Program-made: the position numbers and the translations under genes
Notes under the pieces: model-generated
Databases searched by the model: none
What the model was told of the DNA's origin: nothing
Seen by the model: the letters and a program-made list of their open reading frames with translations, nothing else
From: a bacterium
GTDB taxonomy: Bacteria > Electryoneota > Electryoneia > Electryoneales > Electryoneaceae
NCBI GenBank assembly: GCA_043801585.1
Contig: JAZDLX010000196.1
Span: forward strand, 1-49,222
Length of the DNA stretch: 49,222 nucleotides
Direction of reading: 5' to 3'
Shown: in pieces, positions 18,277 through 27,951 of the stretch
Numbering within the stretch: the stretch's first letter is position 1
Layout of the letters: each line of letters starts with the position of its first letter

Positions 18277-19158
18277 ATGCCGGCCGAAAAAGCCCGGCCC
18301 TGGACATCTGTAACTTTCACCGGCGACAATGCCACGCTGGAAATCATCTCCGGGTTTCTCGACGATGAACTGACCGAAGGCGCCGTCCTGGAGGGGAGCC
18401 TGCTCCACGTGTTTCTCGATCCGAAGCACGACCCCCTCGAAATTCTCATCCTACTCCAGCGATTTGCCGACAACCTCGTCCACGAAGGCCTTCTCGATTC
18501 ACAGACGCTGTCGCTTGAGGAGGTGGAACATGTCGATTGGGTCGCGCGGTGGCGTGCCCGATTGGGAGCCGTTCGCGTCGGGGAGCGGTTTGTTGTTGTC
18601 CCACCAGATATTGAAGCAGAGACGAAGGCGGGTGACATCGTCCTTCGCCTTGAACCGCGCATGGCGTTCGGCACGGGGGAGCACCCGACAACACGCATGG
18701 CTTTGGAACTCCTCGAGTCGATTGTTCCTGAAGGCGGAGTGGTGCTCGACATGGGTTGCGGAAACGGCATTCTCGCCATCGGCGCACTCCTGCGGGGAGC
18801 AGGAGAAGCCGTCGCGGTCGACCACGAGGAAGAGTCTGTCAAAGAAACCAGCGAGAATGCGGACCTGCATGGCGTCGGAAAACATATTCATGTCATCCGC
18901 GGCGATGCGACCACCTTCACCGCTCACCTGAAGGCAGATCTTCTCCTCGCCAACATCTTCCTGACACCAATCCTCCGCGGACTCGACAACTGGCTTTCGA
19001 TGCTCCGCCCCGGTGGTTGGGCAGTGCTGACAGGTGTCCGCCTTGACGAAGAGGGTCCCATTCTGCTCAAGGAATGCACTCTACGGGGGTTTGCGGTGGA
19101 CAAAACGCTGGATGAGGACGGGTGGATGGCTGTTCGTCTTCGTTATGCCAAGGGTTGA
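18277..19158 (+). CDS. prmA: Ribosomal protein L11 methyltransferase
   Basis: AFGTGEHPTT, VLDMGCGNGILAI and ANI; start ATG 18277 after GGAGA. Confidence 0.92.
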   Translation: MPAEKARPWTSVTFTGDNATLEIISGFLDDELTEGAVLEGSLLHVFLDPKHDPLEILILLQRFADNLVHEGLLDSQTLSLEEVEHVDWVARWRARLGAVRVGERFVVVPPDIEAETKAGDIVLRLEPRMAFGTGEHPTTRMALELLESIVPEGGVVLDMGCGNGILAIGALLRGAGEAVAVDHEEESVKETSENADLHGVGKHIHVIRGDATTFTAHLKADLLLANIFLTPILRGLDNWLSMLRPGGWAVLTGVRLDEEGPILLKECTLRGFAVDKTLDEDGWMAVRLRYAKG

Positions 19159-19307
19159 ACGGGACACCGATTATCGCCTATTTTCCGTTGGCATCGCGTG
19201 GTGCCGCAAACGACCATCAATTGGCGAGGTTCCTCCCTCCTTCTTGCGACCATTCTGAACGTCCCGTGAATTCGCGGGCCTCACAACAGTCCCTACAAGG
19301 AGACCGC

Positions 19308-20558
19308 ATGCGTATCGACGGCGTACTTCGTCGCCTGCTTGCGTTCGGCATGTTGATCTCGCTTTCTCTGATCTCCGGATGCGACAACACCGGAGAAGTC
19401 GATCCGGTGCGCCATGACTCGCTGGAGGGCATCCAGATAAGCCTTGTGGAAGCCCCGAGCCTTTGGGTCTATGGATCCGACACGTTCCGTAATCTCTCGG
19501 TGCGTCTCGACATTGACGAGTCCATGCGGGATGCCGTTCTGGTTGGCGAAGTGCCGTCACCCGCGGTGTGGGTTCGAATTGTTCCTTCGGCGGGCGATCC
19601 CATCGACATCCAACTGCTCGATGATGGCAGCGCGTTGACCCCCTCCGCCACCGACTCCTTCCTTGCGCCGTCGTCCGGTGATCTCGTCGCCCATGACTTC
19701 CTCTACACGGTGCGGCTGAACAGCGGCTTTGCGGCAACTGAAGGGGAATTCGACTTCGAGTTCGTAGCAGCAGGCGCTGACTCCGGAGACACCACTTACA
19801 ACGCCGTCGCCTCCCAATTGGAAGCCGTGACGTTAAACGCACACGTTACCGTCGCAGTCAACCGCCCACCCATCCTTGATGGAGAAGGCAGCTCGCTTCC
19901 CGATTCCCTTTATTCGGGTTTTGACACCCAACTCTGGTCACTGCTCGCCACAGATCCTGACGCCGCCGGTGGCGATATTGTTACCGACGTCAACCTGCAG
20001 GTGTTGCGCAACGACGTTGTGCTGCGCAACCTGATCCTGACAGACAGCGGAAACAACCTGTGGACACTCCGGACGGACAGCTCATTCAATTCCGGCATTG
20101 CCACAGGGGACGTGTTATTCAGGTTTATGGCGACGGACCGCTTTGGCGAGACCTCTCTTCCACTCGATACTACTGTCTGGATCGAAAACACCGCTCCGGT
20201 TCTTTCCGACGCGGTGGCTCCGGATTCCGTTTTCATCCCCTCCGTCGGCGCTGACGATAACACGTACACGCTCTCGGTTCGGGTCAGCGATTCACAGGGC
20301 CCGGGGGACCTGAGCCTGGTCTACTACACCGTGGAAGATCCCCATGGCGTCGTTTCCGAAGAGCCGGATTTCATCTTTGCTGATAACGGGATTCTGCCCG
20401 ACGAGGTTGCGGGTGACGGAATCTGGACAACGGGCATTTCCGTTTCCAGCGGAAACGTCAACACGGGAACATGGATATTCCGTTTTTACGGCAAGGACCG
20501 CGCAGGAAACATCAGTGATCCGGTTGAGGTCCCCATCGTGATGGAGCATACACCATGA
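19308..20558 (+). CDS. Acidic surface lipoprotein with Ig-like/choice-of-anchor X-like repeats
   Basis: Lipobox ISGC; two motifs LLDDG...GDLVAHDFLYT and FADNG..DEVAGDGIWT; Ig-like repeats (NRPP/NTAP...ATDRFG/GKDRAGN); AAGGAG RBS. Confidence 0.8.
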   Translation: MRIDGVLRRLLAFGMLISLSLISGCDNTGEVDPVRHDSLEGIQISLVEAPSLWVYGSDTFRNLSVRLDIDESMRDAVLVGEVPSPAVWVRIVPSAGDPIDIQLLDDGSALTPSATDSFLAPSSGDLVAHDFLYTVRLNSGFAATEGEFDFEFVAAGADSGDTTYNAVASQLEAVTLNAHVTVAVNRPPILDGEGSSLPDSLYSGFDTQLWSLLATDPDAAGGDIVTDVNLQVLRNDVVLRNLILTDSGNNLWTLRTDSSFNSGIATGDVLFRFMATDRFGETSLPLDTTVWIENTAPVLSDAVAPDSVFIPSVGADDNTYTLSVRVSDSQGPGDLSLVYYTVEDPHGVVSEEPDFIFADNGILPDEVAGDGIWTTGISVSSGNVNTGTWIFRFYGKDRAGNISDPVEVPIVMEHTP

Positions 20559-22096
20559 ATTCACCGCACCGCTTACTGATCGCATGGTTGACGCTGACGC
20601 TCCCCATGATGGCTGCATTTGCCGGATCGAACCGTGCTGTCGCCGGTTCTCCCGACAACTGGAAACTGACTCCTCGCCAGACTGAAGCGGGAACCGGACC
20701 CACACAACCCCCATCGAACATCATCGTTGACCTGAAAATCGGTCTCAGCGCTCTCTGGGTCGGTTCCGGAGACGGGATTGGCCGCTACATCCCGTCCATC
20801 ACATCAACCAATCCAGCGTCAGGGTCCTGGTTCCACGCCACAAGTGCGGAGGGAGTCGGACGAGGCAGCACTGCCGGGTTGGCCGTTGGAAGCGTTTTCG
20901 GCTTCGGCGATGTTGTCTGGGCCTCCACGGCGTTCGACTCAACCATCGAGGGGGAATCATATCAGGTGGGTGGAGGAGTCGGGTACAGCCTGGATCGTGG
21001 GGCAACGTGGACCTGGTTTCCGCAACCAGTCGACGCGGACACAGTGGCCTCCTATGAACCGACGACCACCGCCATCCTGAACGTCACCTTTGACATTGCC
21101 ATCCAGGGTTCGCGTGTCTGGATCGCGAGCTTTGGCGGAGGTCTCCGATATTACGACATGACCGCGGTGTCGCCCGAGTGGATCGTTCGCCCTCCGGACA
21201 ACCTTCCCTTTGACGCAGCCGCTTACCGCAACCACCTGGCCGTCAGCGTCACCGCCAACGACAGCACGCTCTGGGTGGGAACCTCCTCGGGCGTCAATCG
21301 CTCTCTTGACGGTGGCGACACCTGGCAACGGTTTTCCTTCTCCGCATCCGACACGAACACGATCAGCGGCAACTGGGTAACGGGTATCACGCTGCAGCCA
21401 CTGGCAAACGGAAAATTCCGAGTCTGGACGATCACCCGGTCAACGGATGTCTCCGGCGAATACTCCGGGGTCAGCATGAGCGAGGATCTCGGGTTGACCT
21501 GGCGGCGTGTGCTGGGGACCCCCGGAGCGCCGATCACCACACACAACATTGCCGTTCATGACAGCGCCGTTTATGTCGCGACCAACAACGGCCTTTATAA
21601 AACGGCGGACGCGGGAAAGTCATGGGGCCTCTTTGGTCCGGTTTACGATCCCGTGACCCATGACCGCACCTACCTGTCGGAGATCTACGCGGTCGCCCTG
21701 GATGACACCTACCTGTGGATGGGAGGAGTGGAGGGTTTGGCGGGGAGCAGCGATGACGGCAACTCGTGGCGTCTGCTGCGAAAGGCCGCCCCGGTTGGTG
21801 GAGCGGGAGAACCACAGACCTATGCCTATCCGAACCCCTTCTCGCCTTCGCGTCACGGCGTCGTCCGGATGCGGTACAACCTTCCACGTGCTGGGCAGGT
21901 GACTGTTGAAATTTACGATTTTGCTCTCGAACTGTTGATTCGCCCGCTGAAAGACGAGTGGCTTCCGGCGGGTGATCACGATGCCGTTTGGGATGGGCGC
22001 GGACCTGGAGGAAAAACGATTGCCAACGGTGTCTACTTCTTCCGTGTTATCACGGACAACCGCGAGAGCTGGAACAAAATCATGGTATTGGATTAG
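20555..22096 (+). CDS. Secreted beta-propeller protein with BNR/Asp-box repeats and a C-terminal FlgD-Ig/T9SS-type sorting domain
   Basis: Signal peptide; Asp-boxes SLDRGATW, SLDGGDTW, SEDLGLTW, TADAGKSW and SSDDGNSW; CTD YPNPFSP...VEIYD...WDGR...ANGVYF. Confidence 0.85.
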   Translation: MNSPHRLLIAWLTLTLPMMAAFAGSNRAVAGSPDNWKLTPRQTEAGTGPTQPPSNIIVDLKIGLSALWVGSGDGIGRYIPSITSTNPASGSWFHATSAEGVGRGSTAGLAVGSVFGFGDVVWASTAFDSTIEGESYQVGGGVGYSLDRGATWTWFPQPVDADTVASYEPTTTAILNVTFDIAIQGSRVWIASFGGGLRYYDMTAVSPEWIVRPPDNLPFDAAAYRNHLAVSVTANDSTLWVGTSSGVNRSLDGGDTWQRFSFSASDTNTISGNWVTGITLQPLANGKFRVWTITRSTDVSGEYSGVSMSEDLGLTWRRVLGTPGAPITTHNIAVHDSAVYVATNNGLYKTADAGKSWGLFGPVYDPVTHDRTYLSEIYAVALDDTYLWMGGVEGLAGSSDDGNSWRLLRKAAPVGGAGEPQTYAYPNPFSPSRHGVVRMRYNLPRAGQVTVEIYDFALELLIRPLKDEWLPAGDHDAVWDGRGPGGKTIANGVYFFRVITDNRESWNKIMVLD

Positions 22097-22108
22097 GGAG
22101 ACCGCAAC

Positions 22109-23491
22109 ATGACGACATCCAGTTCCGCCCGGATCGCGGCATCTCTGATCGCTGTCCTGCTCCTGATTCCCGGCGCCCTTCATGCGGAAGGCTATGCGGG
22201 TTCCGCCGGGGCGTTCCTGCGCATGGGAGCCGGTCCAGCGGCGCTCGCCACGGGTGACGCCGGGGTGGCGCGTGCCTTCGGTGCCGAACAGGCAAATTAC
22301 AATCCGGCGGGCTTACCGTTCGCTCCCGGAAACGAGATCTGGTTTTCCTGGCACAAGCTTTCCCTTGACCGGAAACTTGTGCACATCGGCGCCCTTTACC
22401 AGGTGAAAAGCATTGCCCTGTGGGGCGGCCCCGTTCGGCCGGTTGTACTCGTCGAGGACAAAGCCGGCGGGATGAAACGGCTGGTATACCCAAACGAAAC
22501 ACGGGCGCGGGGAATTCGGACAATCCGCCCGGACGACTACCTTGAAACGCTCGCTGACGCCGCGCTGACATTGGCGGGAACAAACGAAACGCCTACCCAA
22601 CCCCTGACGCTTGTTCTGGAAGAGGGTCCGGTCGACGCCGGTTCGCTGGCACCGCTGGTTCGTGAAACCACCGAGATCGCCAAGCAGAATCACCTCGTTG
22701 ATCGCATGGCTGTTCTTGACGCTCTGCGCGAACGTTATCAGCGAATCCAGGAACGCCCCGCCGCCGTTTCTTTGAACTGGACGCACGCCGGTACCGACAA
22801 CATCGATTCCCGCGACTATGACGGCAACCTGATTGGGTCCTTTGGCTGGTATGAGAACCGATTTTCGCTCGCATTCGGGTTGCGCATCCATCATGCGGTC
22901 AGCGTGGGGGTCAGCGCAGGCGTGCTCTACGCGCTGGTGCCCGACCTGCTCGAAAGCGGATCATTGACCTCGACGACGTTCATCGCAGATGCCGGCGTAC
23001 AGATCCGGCCATTCCACGACCGCATGATGCCTGCAAGGTTGGAGACGTTGACACTGGGTGTGGCAGCGTTCGGACTTGGTGCGAAGAACACCTGGAACAC
23101 GACGGGATACTGGAGCCAGGGAACCACGAAGAACGACAACTATCCCAACCGATACCGTTTCGGCGCAGCCTGGAAACCTGTCGAGGGGGTCGCGATCTAC
23201 TCCGATGTCGAGACGGATCTGAAGAATCTTGCGCAGTTGAAATCCGGCGTGGAACTGACATTGATTCAATCAAACAGTTCATCCGGCGGCTTGATGGGGT
23301 TTTCCTCCAACACTCTTCCCGGGGTGATGCTGCGTGCAGGACTCGACCGTGACCGGCCGACCTTCGGTCTTGGGCTCGAGCTGAAGCTTCATGACCTCGG
23401 CGTTACCAGACTCGATTACGCGTATGTTTCGGAGACCATTTCTCCGGAAGCGACCCAGGTCATCTCCTGGAGATTTCAATTGATGCACTGA
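22109..23491 (+). CDS. PorV/PorQ-family outer-membrane beta-barrel with a large internal insertion
   Basis: Signal peptide; FLRMGAGPAALATGDA...YNPAGL N-terminal motif; DAG, LRAG and LDYAY barrel strands. Confidence 0.78.
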   Translation: MTTSSSARIAASLIAVLLLIPGALHAEGYAGSAGAFLRMGAGPAALATGDAGVARAFGAEQANYNPAGLPFAPGNEIWFSWHKLSLDRKLVHIGALYQVKSIALWGGPVRPVVLVEDKAGGMKRLVYPNETRARGIRTIRPDDYLETLADAALTLAGTNETPTQPLTLVLEEGPVDAGSLAPLVRETTEIAKQNHLVDRMAVLDALRERYQRIQERPAAVSLNWTHAGTDNIDSRDYDGNLIGSFGWYENRFSLAFGLRIHHAVSVGVSAGVLYALVPDLLESGSLTSTTFIADAGVQIRPFHDRMMPARLETLTLGVAAFGLGAKNTWNTTGYWSQGTTKNDNYPNRYRFGAAWKPVEGVAIYSDVETDLKNLAQLKSGVELTLIQSNSSSGGLMGFSSNTLPGVMLRAGLDRDRPTFGLGLELKLHDLGVTRLDYAYVSETISPEATQVISWRFQLMH

Positions 23492-23496
23492 ATTGG

Positions 23497-24396
23497 ATGC
23501 CAATCATGCAACGTCTTGCCGTTTTCATTACGCTTCTCCTCGCCGCGAGTGATGCGTTCGCGAGACCCGGATCAACGTGGCTGGAGGTCGGCCCCGGAGC
23601 ACGCGCCGCCGCGCTGGCCGAGGCAGTTGTCGCTTCGCCGGACGGCCCCTCCGGAGCGTGGTGGAATCCCGCCGGTGCCGGCGCCGACGGCGGGGGGATC
23701 GAGCTGATGCATGCCAACTGGTGGGTGGACGGCACAACCGCCCAGCACATCGCGACAACCTTCCTTACCGGAAAAGTCGGGTGGGGGGTAAGCGTGCATC
23801 ACGTTGGCGTTTCGAACCTGGAATTTCGAGACGGCCCCTCATCGACGCCAATCGACTATTTTGATGCCCGCGATTTCGCACTGGGCGCCACCGTTTCTGC
23901 TCCTCTGTACAGGGAAATTCGCGCCGGGTTCAGCATTCGCTATCTCTCCGAAGATATCTACACCTACCATTCCAACGGCTGGTCTTTGGATGCCGGACTT
24001 TTGTGGCCTGATGCGGTTTCCAGAGCCCTTGACCTCGGCGCGGCAGTCCGCCATCTTGGCAACGTCGAAGGGTCGGGCGGGACAAGCAGCGATCTGCCAA
24101 CAACCGTTTCCGCCGGGATCCGTTTGCGTTTGCCGCTGCAGATGGAAACCCCACTCGCGCTGCTTGTCGAAATCGCGAAAGTGAGCGATCTGGACCCAAG
24201 CGTACGGATCGGCGCGGAGCTGCGTCTCCTTGGCGCGATGGATTTGCGTGCAGGATGGAGAAACGGCTACGAGGGACAGTCGCTCTCGGCGGGGTTCGGG
24301 CTCACCTGGCGCCACTGGGGACTCGATTTCGGCTATTCACCCTTCGTGGATGACCTGGGCAACACCCAGCGGTTTTCGCTGCGAGCCGCCTGGTAG
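23497..24396 (+). CDS. PorV/PorQ-family outer-membrane beta-barrel
   Basis: WLEVGPGARAAALAEA...WNPAG, SLDAG, LPTTVSAG, DLRAGW, LDFGYSP and C-terminal aromatic W. Confidence 0.85.
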   Translation: MPIMQRLAVFITLLLAASDAFARPGSTWLEVGPGARAAALAEAVVASPDGPSGAWWNPAGAGADGGGIELMHANWWVDGTTAQHIATTFLTGKVGWGVSVHHVGVSNLEFRDGPSSTPIDYFDARDFALGATVSAPLYREIRAGFSIRYLSEDIYTYHSNGWSLDAGLLWPDAVSRALDLGAAVRHLGNVEGSGGTSSDLPTTVSAGIRLRLPLQMETPLALLVEIAKVSDLDPSVRIGAELRLLGAMDLRAGWRNGYEGQSLSAGFGLTWRHWGLDFGYSPFVDDLGNTQRFSLRAAW

Positions 24397-24474
24397 GCCC
24401 GTAGCGCGACGAGGGACGGCGTCAATGACGCAATCCCGAAAACATGGTTTCTGTTTTCACTTCACGAGGGGTAC

Positions 24475-25593
24475 ATGGCGAAGCATCGGATTGCCTGGCT
24501 GCCGGGTGACGGCGTCGGAAAAGACGTGATGGAGTGCGCTCGACTCGTTCTCGACGCATTGAAATTCGACGCGGAATACATCCACGGTGACATCGGTTGG
24601 GAATTCTGGAAGAGTGAGGGCAACCCGTTGCCCGATCGCACGCTGGAGATTTTGAAGAGCACGGAATGTGCCCTTTTCGGCGCGATCACCTCGAAGCCCC
24701 GCGACGAGGCGGCGGAGGAGCTTGACCCCGCTTTGCGCGACAAAGGCTATGTCTATTTCAGCCCGATCGTCCGTCTTCGCCAGGAGTTCAACCTCCACAC
24801 AAACCTGCGCCCCTGCAAGGCCTATCCGGGCAATCCCCTGAATTACAAAGAGGGGATCGACCTGGTGATCTTTCGCGAAAACACGGAGGGACTGTACGTC
24901 GGTGTGGAATTTCATCCGGTACCCGGCGAGGTGATCGACACGATGGCCAAGTACCAGCCGAAAGCCAAACGTTTTCAAAAGGTTGCAGGGAAAGACATGG
25001 CGATATCCTGCCGAATTATGACCCGTTCGGCCTGCCGCAACATCGTCACCCAGGCGTTTGAATACGCAAAGAAAAACGGGCGTAAATCGGTCACTGTCGT
25101 GGATAAGCCCAACGTGCTGCGGGAGACCGGGGGGCTGATGGTCCGCACCGCCCGCGAAGTGGCAAAAAACTATCCCGGCATCAAGTTGTGGGAAACGAAT
25201 ATCGACGCGCAGACGATGTGGCTTTTAAAAAACCCCTTCGATTACGATGTCCTTGTCGCCGAGAACATGTTCGGCGACATTATCAGCGATCTGGCCGCGC
25301 AACTTGTTGGCGGTCTTGGGTTTGCCGCGTCAGGGAACATTGGCGACAACTACGCGGTGTTTGAACCGACGCATGGCAGCGCTCCGAAATATGCCGGTCA
25401 GTACAAGGTGAATCCCTTGGCGATGATCATCACAACCGGGCTGATGCTGGATTGGTTGAGCGAAAAAGAGCTGGCAAAAAAGCTTGATGCTGCCGTTGCA
25501 AAAACCATTGCGGATGGCAAGGCCCGCACGTACGATATGGGGGGCAACAACACCAGCCTTGAAGTTGCCGAGGAGATCGTACGCAACCTTTAA
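24475..25593 (+). CDS. Isocitrate/isopropylmalate/homoisocitrate dehydrogenase family protein
   Basis: LPGDGVG, NLRP, RENTEGLY, DKPNV, NMFGDIISD and FEPTHGSAP. Substrate cannot be resolved by eye. Confidence 0.92.
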   Translation: MAKHRIAWLPGDGVGKDVMECARLVLDALKFDAEYIHGDIGWEFWKSEGNPLPDRTLEILKSTECALFGAITSKPRDEAAEELDPALRDKGYVYFSPIVRLRQEFNLHTNLRPCKAYPGNPLNYKEGIDLVIFRENTEGLYVGVEFHPVPGEVIDTMAKYQPKAKRFQKVAGKDMAISCRIMTRSACRNIVTQAFEYAKKNGRKSVTVVDKPNVLRETGGLMVRTAREVAKNYPGIKLWETNIDAQTMWLLKNPFDYDVLVAENMFGDIISDLAAQLVGGLGFAASGNIGDNYAVFEPTHGSAPKYAGQYKVNPLAMIITTGLMLDWLSEKELAKKLDAAVAKTIADGKARTYDMGGNNTSLEVAEEIVRNL

Positions 25594-25722
25594 TTAAAGC
25601 TGGAGCGGATGAGAAGCCACTTCCTTAAGAGGCAATTTCTGAAAACTCTTTTCCCGGGACGAATTCGGGCCAGTGCCCGTATGCCCCGGGTTTCTTATTC
25701 ACGGGCGACCATTATACTCAAA

Positions 25723-26298
25723 ATGTTTTCTACTGTTGCAAAACTGATAATCACTGTTCTGGCAACCACCCTGTTTATCTCCTGTGGTTTATTCACGACT
25801 CGCGACCCCGCCTCGCCTGCAGATACAACCCCTTCCGCAGACTTGGCGCTATCCTCCGATGAGGCTCTAACTCAGCTAACTGCGGCGATTTCACTGCACG
25901 ATCCCAACCTTTACCTGAGCGTAATTACGGACTCTTTCAGCTATGAATGCACGCCCCAGGCATACGCCGCTGGAGCCACCTATTTTGCCGGGTGGTCATT
26001 TAACCAAGAGAGTAACTTTATACGAACCCTGCTCTCTTTAAGCCTGATTCCCGCTGATTCGCTTGCCTCGTTGACCCTCGAAACCATCCAGCAACAAGAA
26101 GCAGCGGACTCAACAGTCACCTATCAGGGGTACCAGCTTGAAGTACATACCGTGCGCTCTGGCCTACCCGTTGTGTACGAGGGAATCGCGTTGTTTGTCG
26201 TCGTGCGTGACGTAGATGGAGGATGGCGCATTCGACGGTGGAAGGACGATGTCAGTGGAGAAGTGCCGACAATGAGCCAGCTGAGAGCGAGTTTATAA
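25723..26298 (+). CDS. Lipoprotein, possibly NTF2/SnoaL-like fold
   Basis: Lipobox FISC followed by TRDPASP; C-terminal GIALF...DGGWRIRRWKD. Confidence 0.75.
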   Translation: MFSTVAKLIITVLATTLFISCGLFTTRDPASPADTTPSADLALSSDEALTQLTAAISLHDPNLYLSVITDSFSYECTPQAYAAGATYFAGWSFNQESNFIRTLLSLSLIPADSLASLTLETIQQQEAADSTVTYQGYQLEVHTVRSGLPVVYEGIALFVVVRDVDGGWRIRRWKDDVSGEVPTMSQLRASL

Positions 26299-26455
26299 TT
26301 GCCATAATTTGATAAATGCAAATAGGTAGATATGATCAACCATCAGATAAACAAGAAGCAAAGTCAATCAAAATAGCATTGTTTGCTTATAGCCCCAATG
26401 ACAGATTTCTGGGGTTGATTTTCTGATGGGTGTTAGCTTTGTACAACGGGCCTGA

Positions 26456-27034
26456 GTGTGGAGCTGTATGGGTGATCGGCGAGACAGGAGAGTGCTGAGT
26501 GGGGCCTTACGGTCCTGTTCCGCTGTGAGAAAGACGCCACGGTTTCCGTTGGGCGCTCTTCTCCTGCTCTTCGCATTGATCACGATAGCGGGTTGTTTGA
26601 ACCCATTTGCACCCGAGGAAGCCGGCCTGTCCTCCGACATCTGGGACGAGCAGAATACGGTGGGCGGCCTCATGCGAAACTTTCGCACCAGCTACACATT
26701 AAAGGACAGCCTCCGGTATGCAGACTTGATCGCGGACGAATTTGTCTTTGAATTCTTCGACCCGAATCTTGGCCGGTATGACCAATGGTACCGCGACACG
26801 GAATTGCGCACGACCGGCGGCCTGATGCGCTATGTCGACCGTTTGGACCTTCGCTGGGGGCCACTTTCAGCGGAATTGGACAGCTTTTCCCGGGCGGATA
26901 CAACTGTGGAATTCACTGTCAATTTTTCATTAACAGCGGGTGATATCGCCGCGGTTTCCGGTTTTGCACGTTTCCAGGCGAGGGCAGAACAGGATGGCCG
27001 TTTCCGGTTGGTGCTTTGGCGGGATGATTTCTAA
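26456..27034 (+). CDS. Lipoprotein, paralogue of the upstream gene (true start probably downstream of 26456)
   Basis: Lipobox IAGC-LNPFAP; C-terminal GFARF...DGRFRLVLWRDD; stop overlaps the next ATG. Confidence 0.78.
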   Translation: MWSCMGDRRDRRVLSGALRSCSAVRKTPRFPLGALLLLFALITIAGCLNPFAPEEAGLSSDIWDEQNTVGGLMRNFRTSYTLKDSLRYADLIADEFVFEFFDPNLGRYDQWYRDTELRTTGGLMRYVDRLDLRWGPLSAELDSFSRADTTVEFTVNFSLTAGDIAAVSGFARFQARAEQDGRFRLVLWRDDF

Positions 27035-27951
27035 TGATGCGCCCCGTATCTCGCCGCCCGGCCCCGGAAATCCGGCCTCCCCTGGTACTTTCTGTTATCG
27101 CCACCCTGCTCCTTGTGGTGACGGTAGCGGTGCGTTTCTCCATCCCTGTCAATTTGCCAACTTCAAACGGACCCGATATCGTCGAGGAACCCTATCCGGA
27201 CACCCATATTGTCCCACCCGAGCCACTTGAAAGAACGGATGCCCCGCGCATTGCGCTGGTTATTGATGACCTCGGAAACCGCTGGGACAATGACATTGTG
27301 CGGGGTCTGCTGACGTTGGACATCCCACTGACACTCGGTGTGATCCCCGGCCTTGTCTACAGCGATCGTATTGCAAAGGCGGCGCACGACCACGGCGAAC
27401 TGGTCATCGCACATGTGCCGATGAAACCTTTGCATGGTGGTGTTGGGCTGGGAATACCCGTTATCTACCCGAAAGCCTCGCGCACGCAGGTGGAAGAGGC
27501 GCTGAATTCTGCATTGCGTTTGCCTTATGCGAAGGGCATGAACAATCACATGGGCTCGGCTGCAACTCAGGATTTGGAAACGATGAGCCTGGTTGCACGG
27601 ACCTGCAGGACGAACGGGTGGTTCATTTTGGATAGCATCACCCACGCCTCCAGTGTACTTTATGCTGTTGCGCTTCAGGAGGGTGTCCCTGCCGCCCGCA
27701 GGGATGTTTTCCTGGACCACGAAAAGGGTGTCACATCGATAAGGGCGGAGTTGGCCAAGGCCGAGCAGTTGGCCCGAGCGCACTCCCGTCCAATCGTCGT
27801 CATCGGCCACCCCCGCCCGGAAACCTGGGAGGTGTTGCATAGCGAGATTCCCGGGATGCTGGCGCGCGGTGTCCGTTTCGTCCCGCTGACGAAGGCCCTG
27901 CGAACAGGTGGCGGACGGGAGCAAGCTTTTGAAAGGACGGTAAAACCATGA
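27034..27951 (+). CDS. Divergent polysaccharide deacetylase family protein (YibQ-like)
   Basis: IALVIDDLG, HVPMKP, GMNNHMGS, FILDS, RDVFLDH and IGHP; N-terminal TM. Confidence 0.9.
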   Translation: MMRPVSRRPAPEIRPPLVLSVIATLLLVVTVAVRFSIPVNLPTSNGPDIVEEPYPDTHIVPPEPLERTDAPRIALVIDDLGNRWDNDIVRGLLTLDIPLTLGVIPGLVYSDRIAKAAHDHGELVIAHVPMKPLHGGVGLGIPVIYPKASRTQVEEALNSALRLPYAKGMNNHMGSAATQDLETMSLVARTCRTNGWFILDSITHASSVLYAVALQEGVPAARRDVFLDHEKGVTSIRAELAKAEQLARAHSRPIVVIGHPRPETWEVLHSEIPGMLARGVRFVPLTKALRTGGGREQAFERTVKP

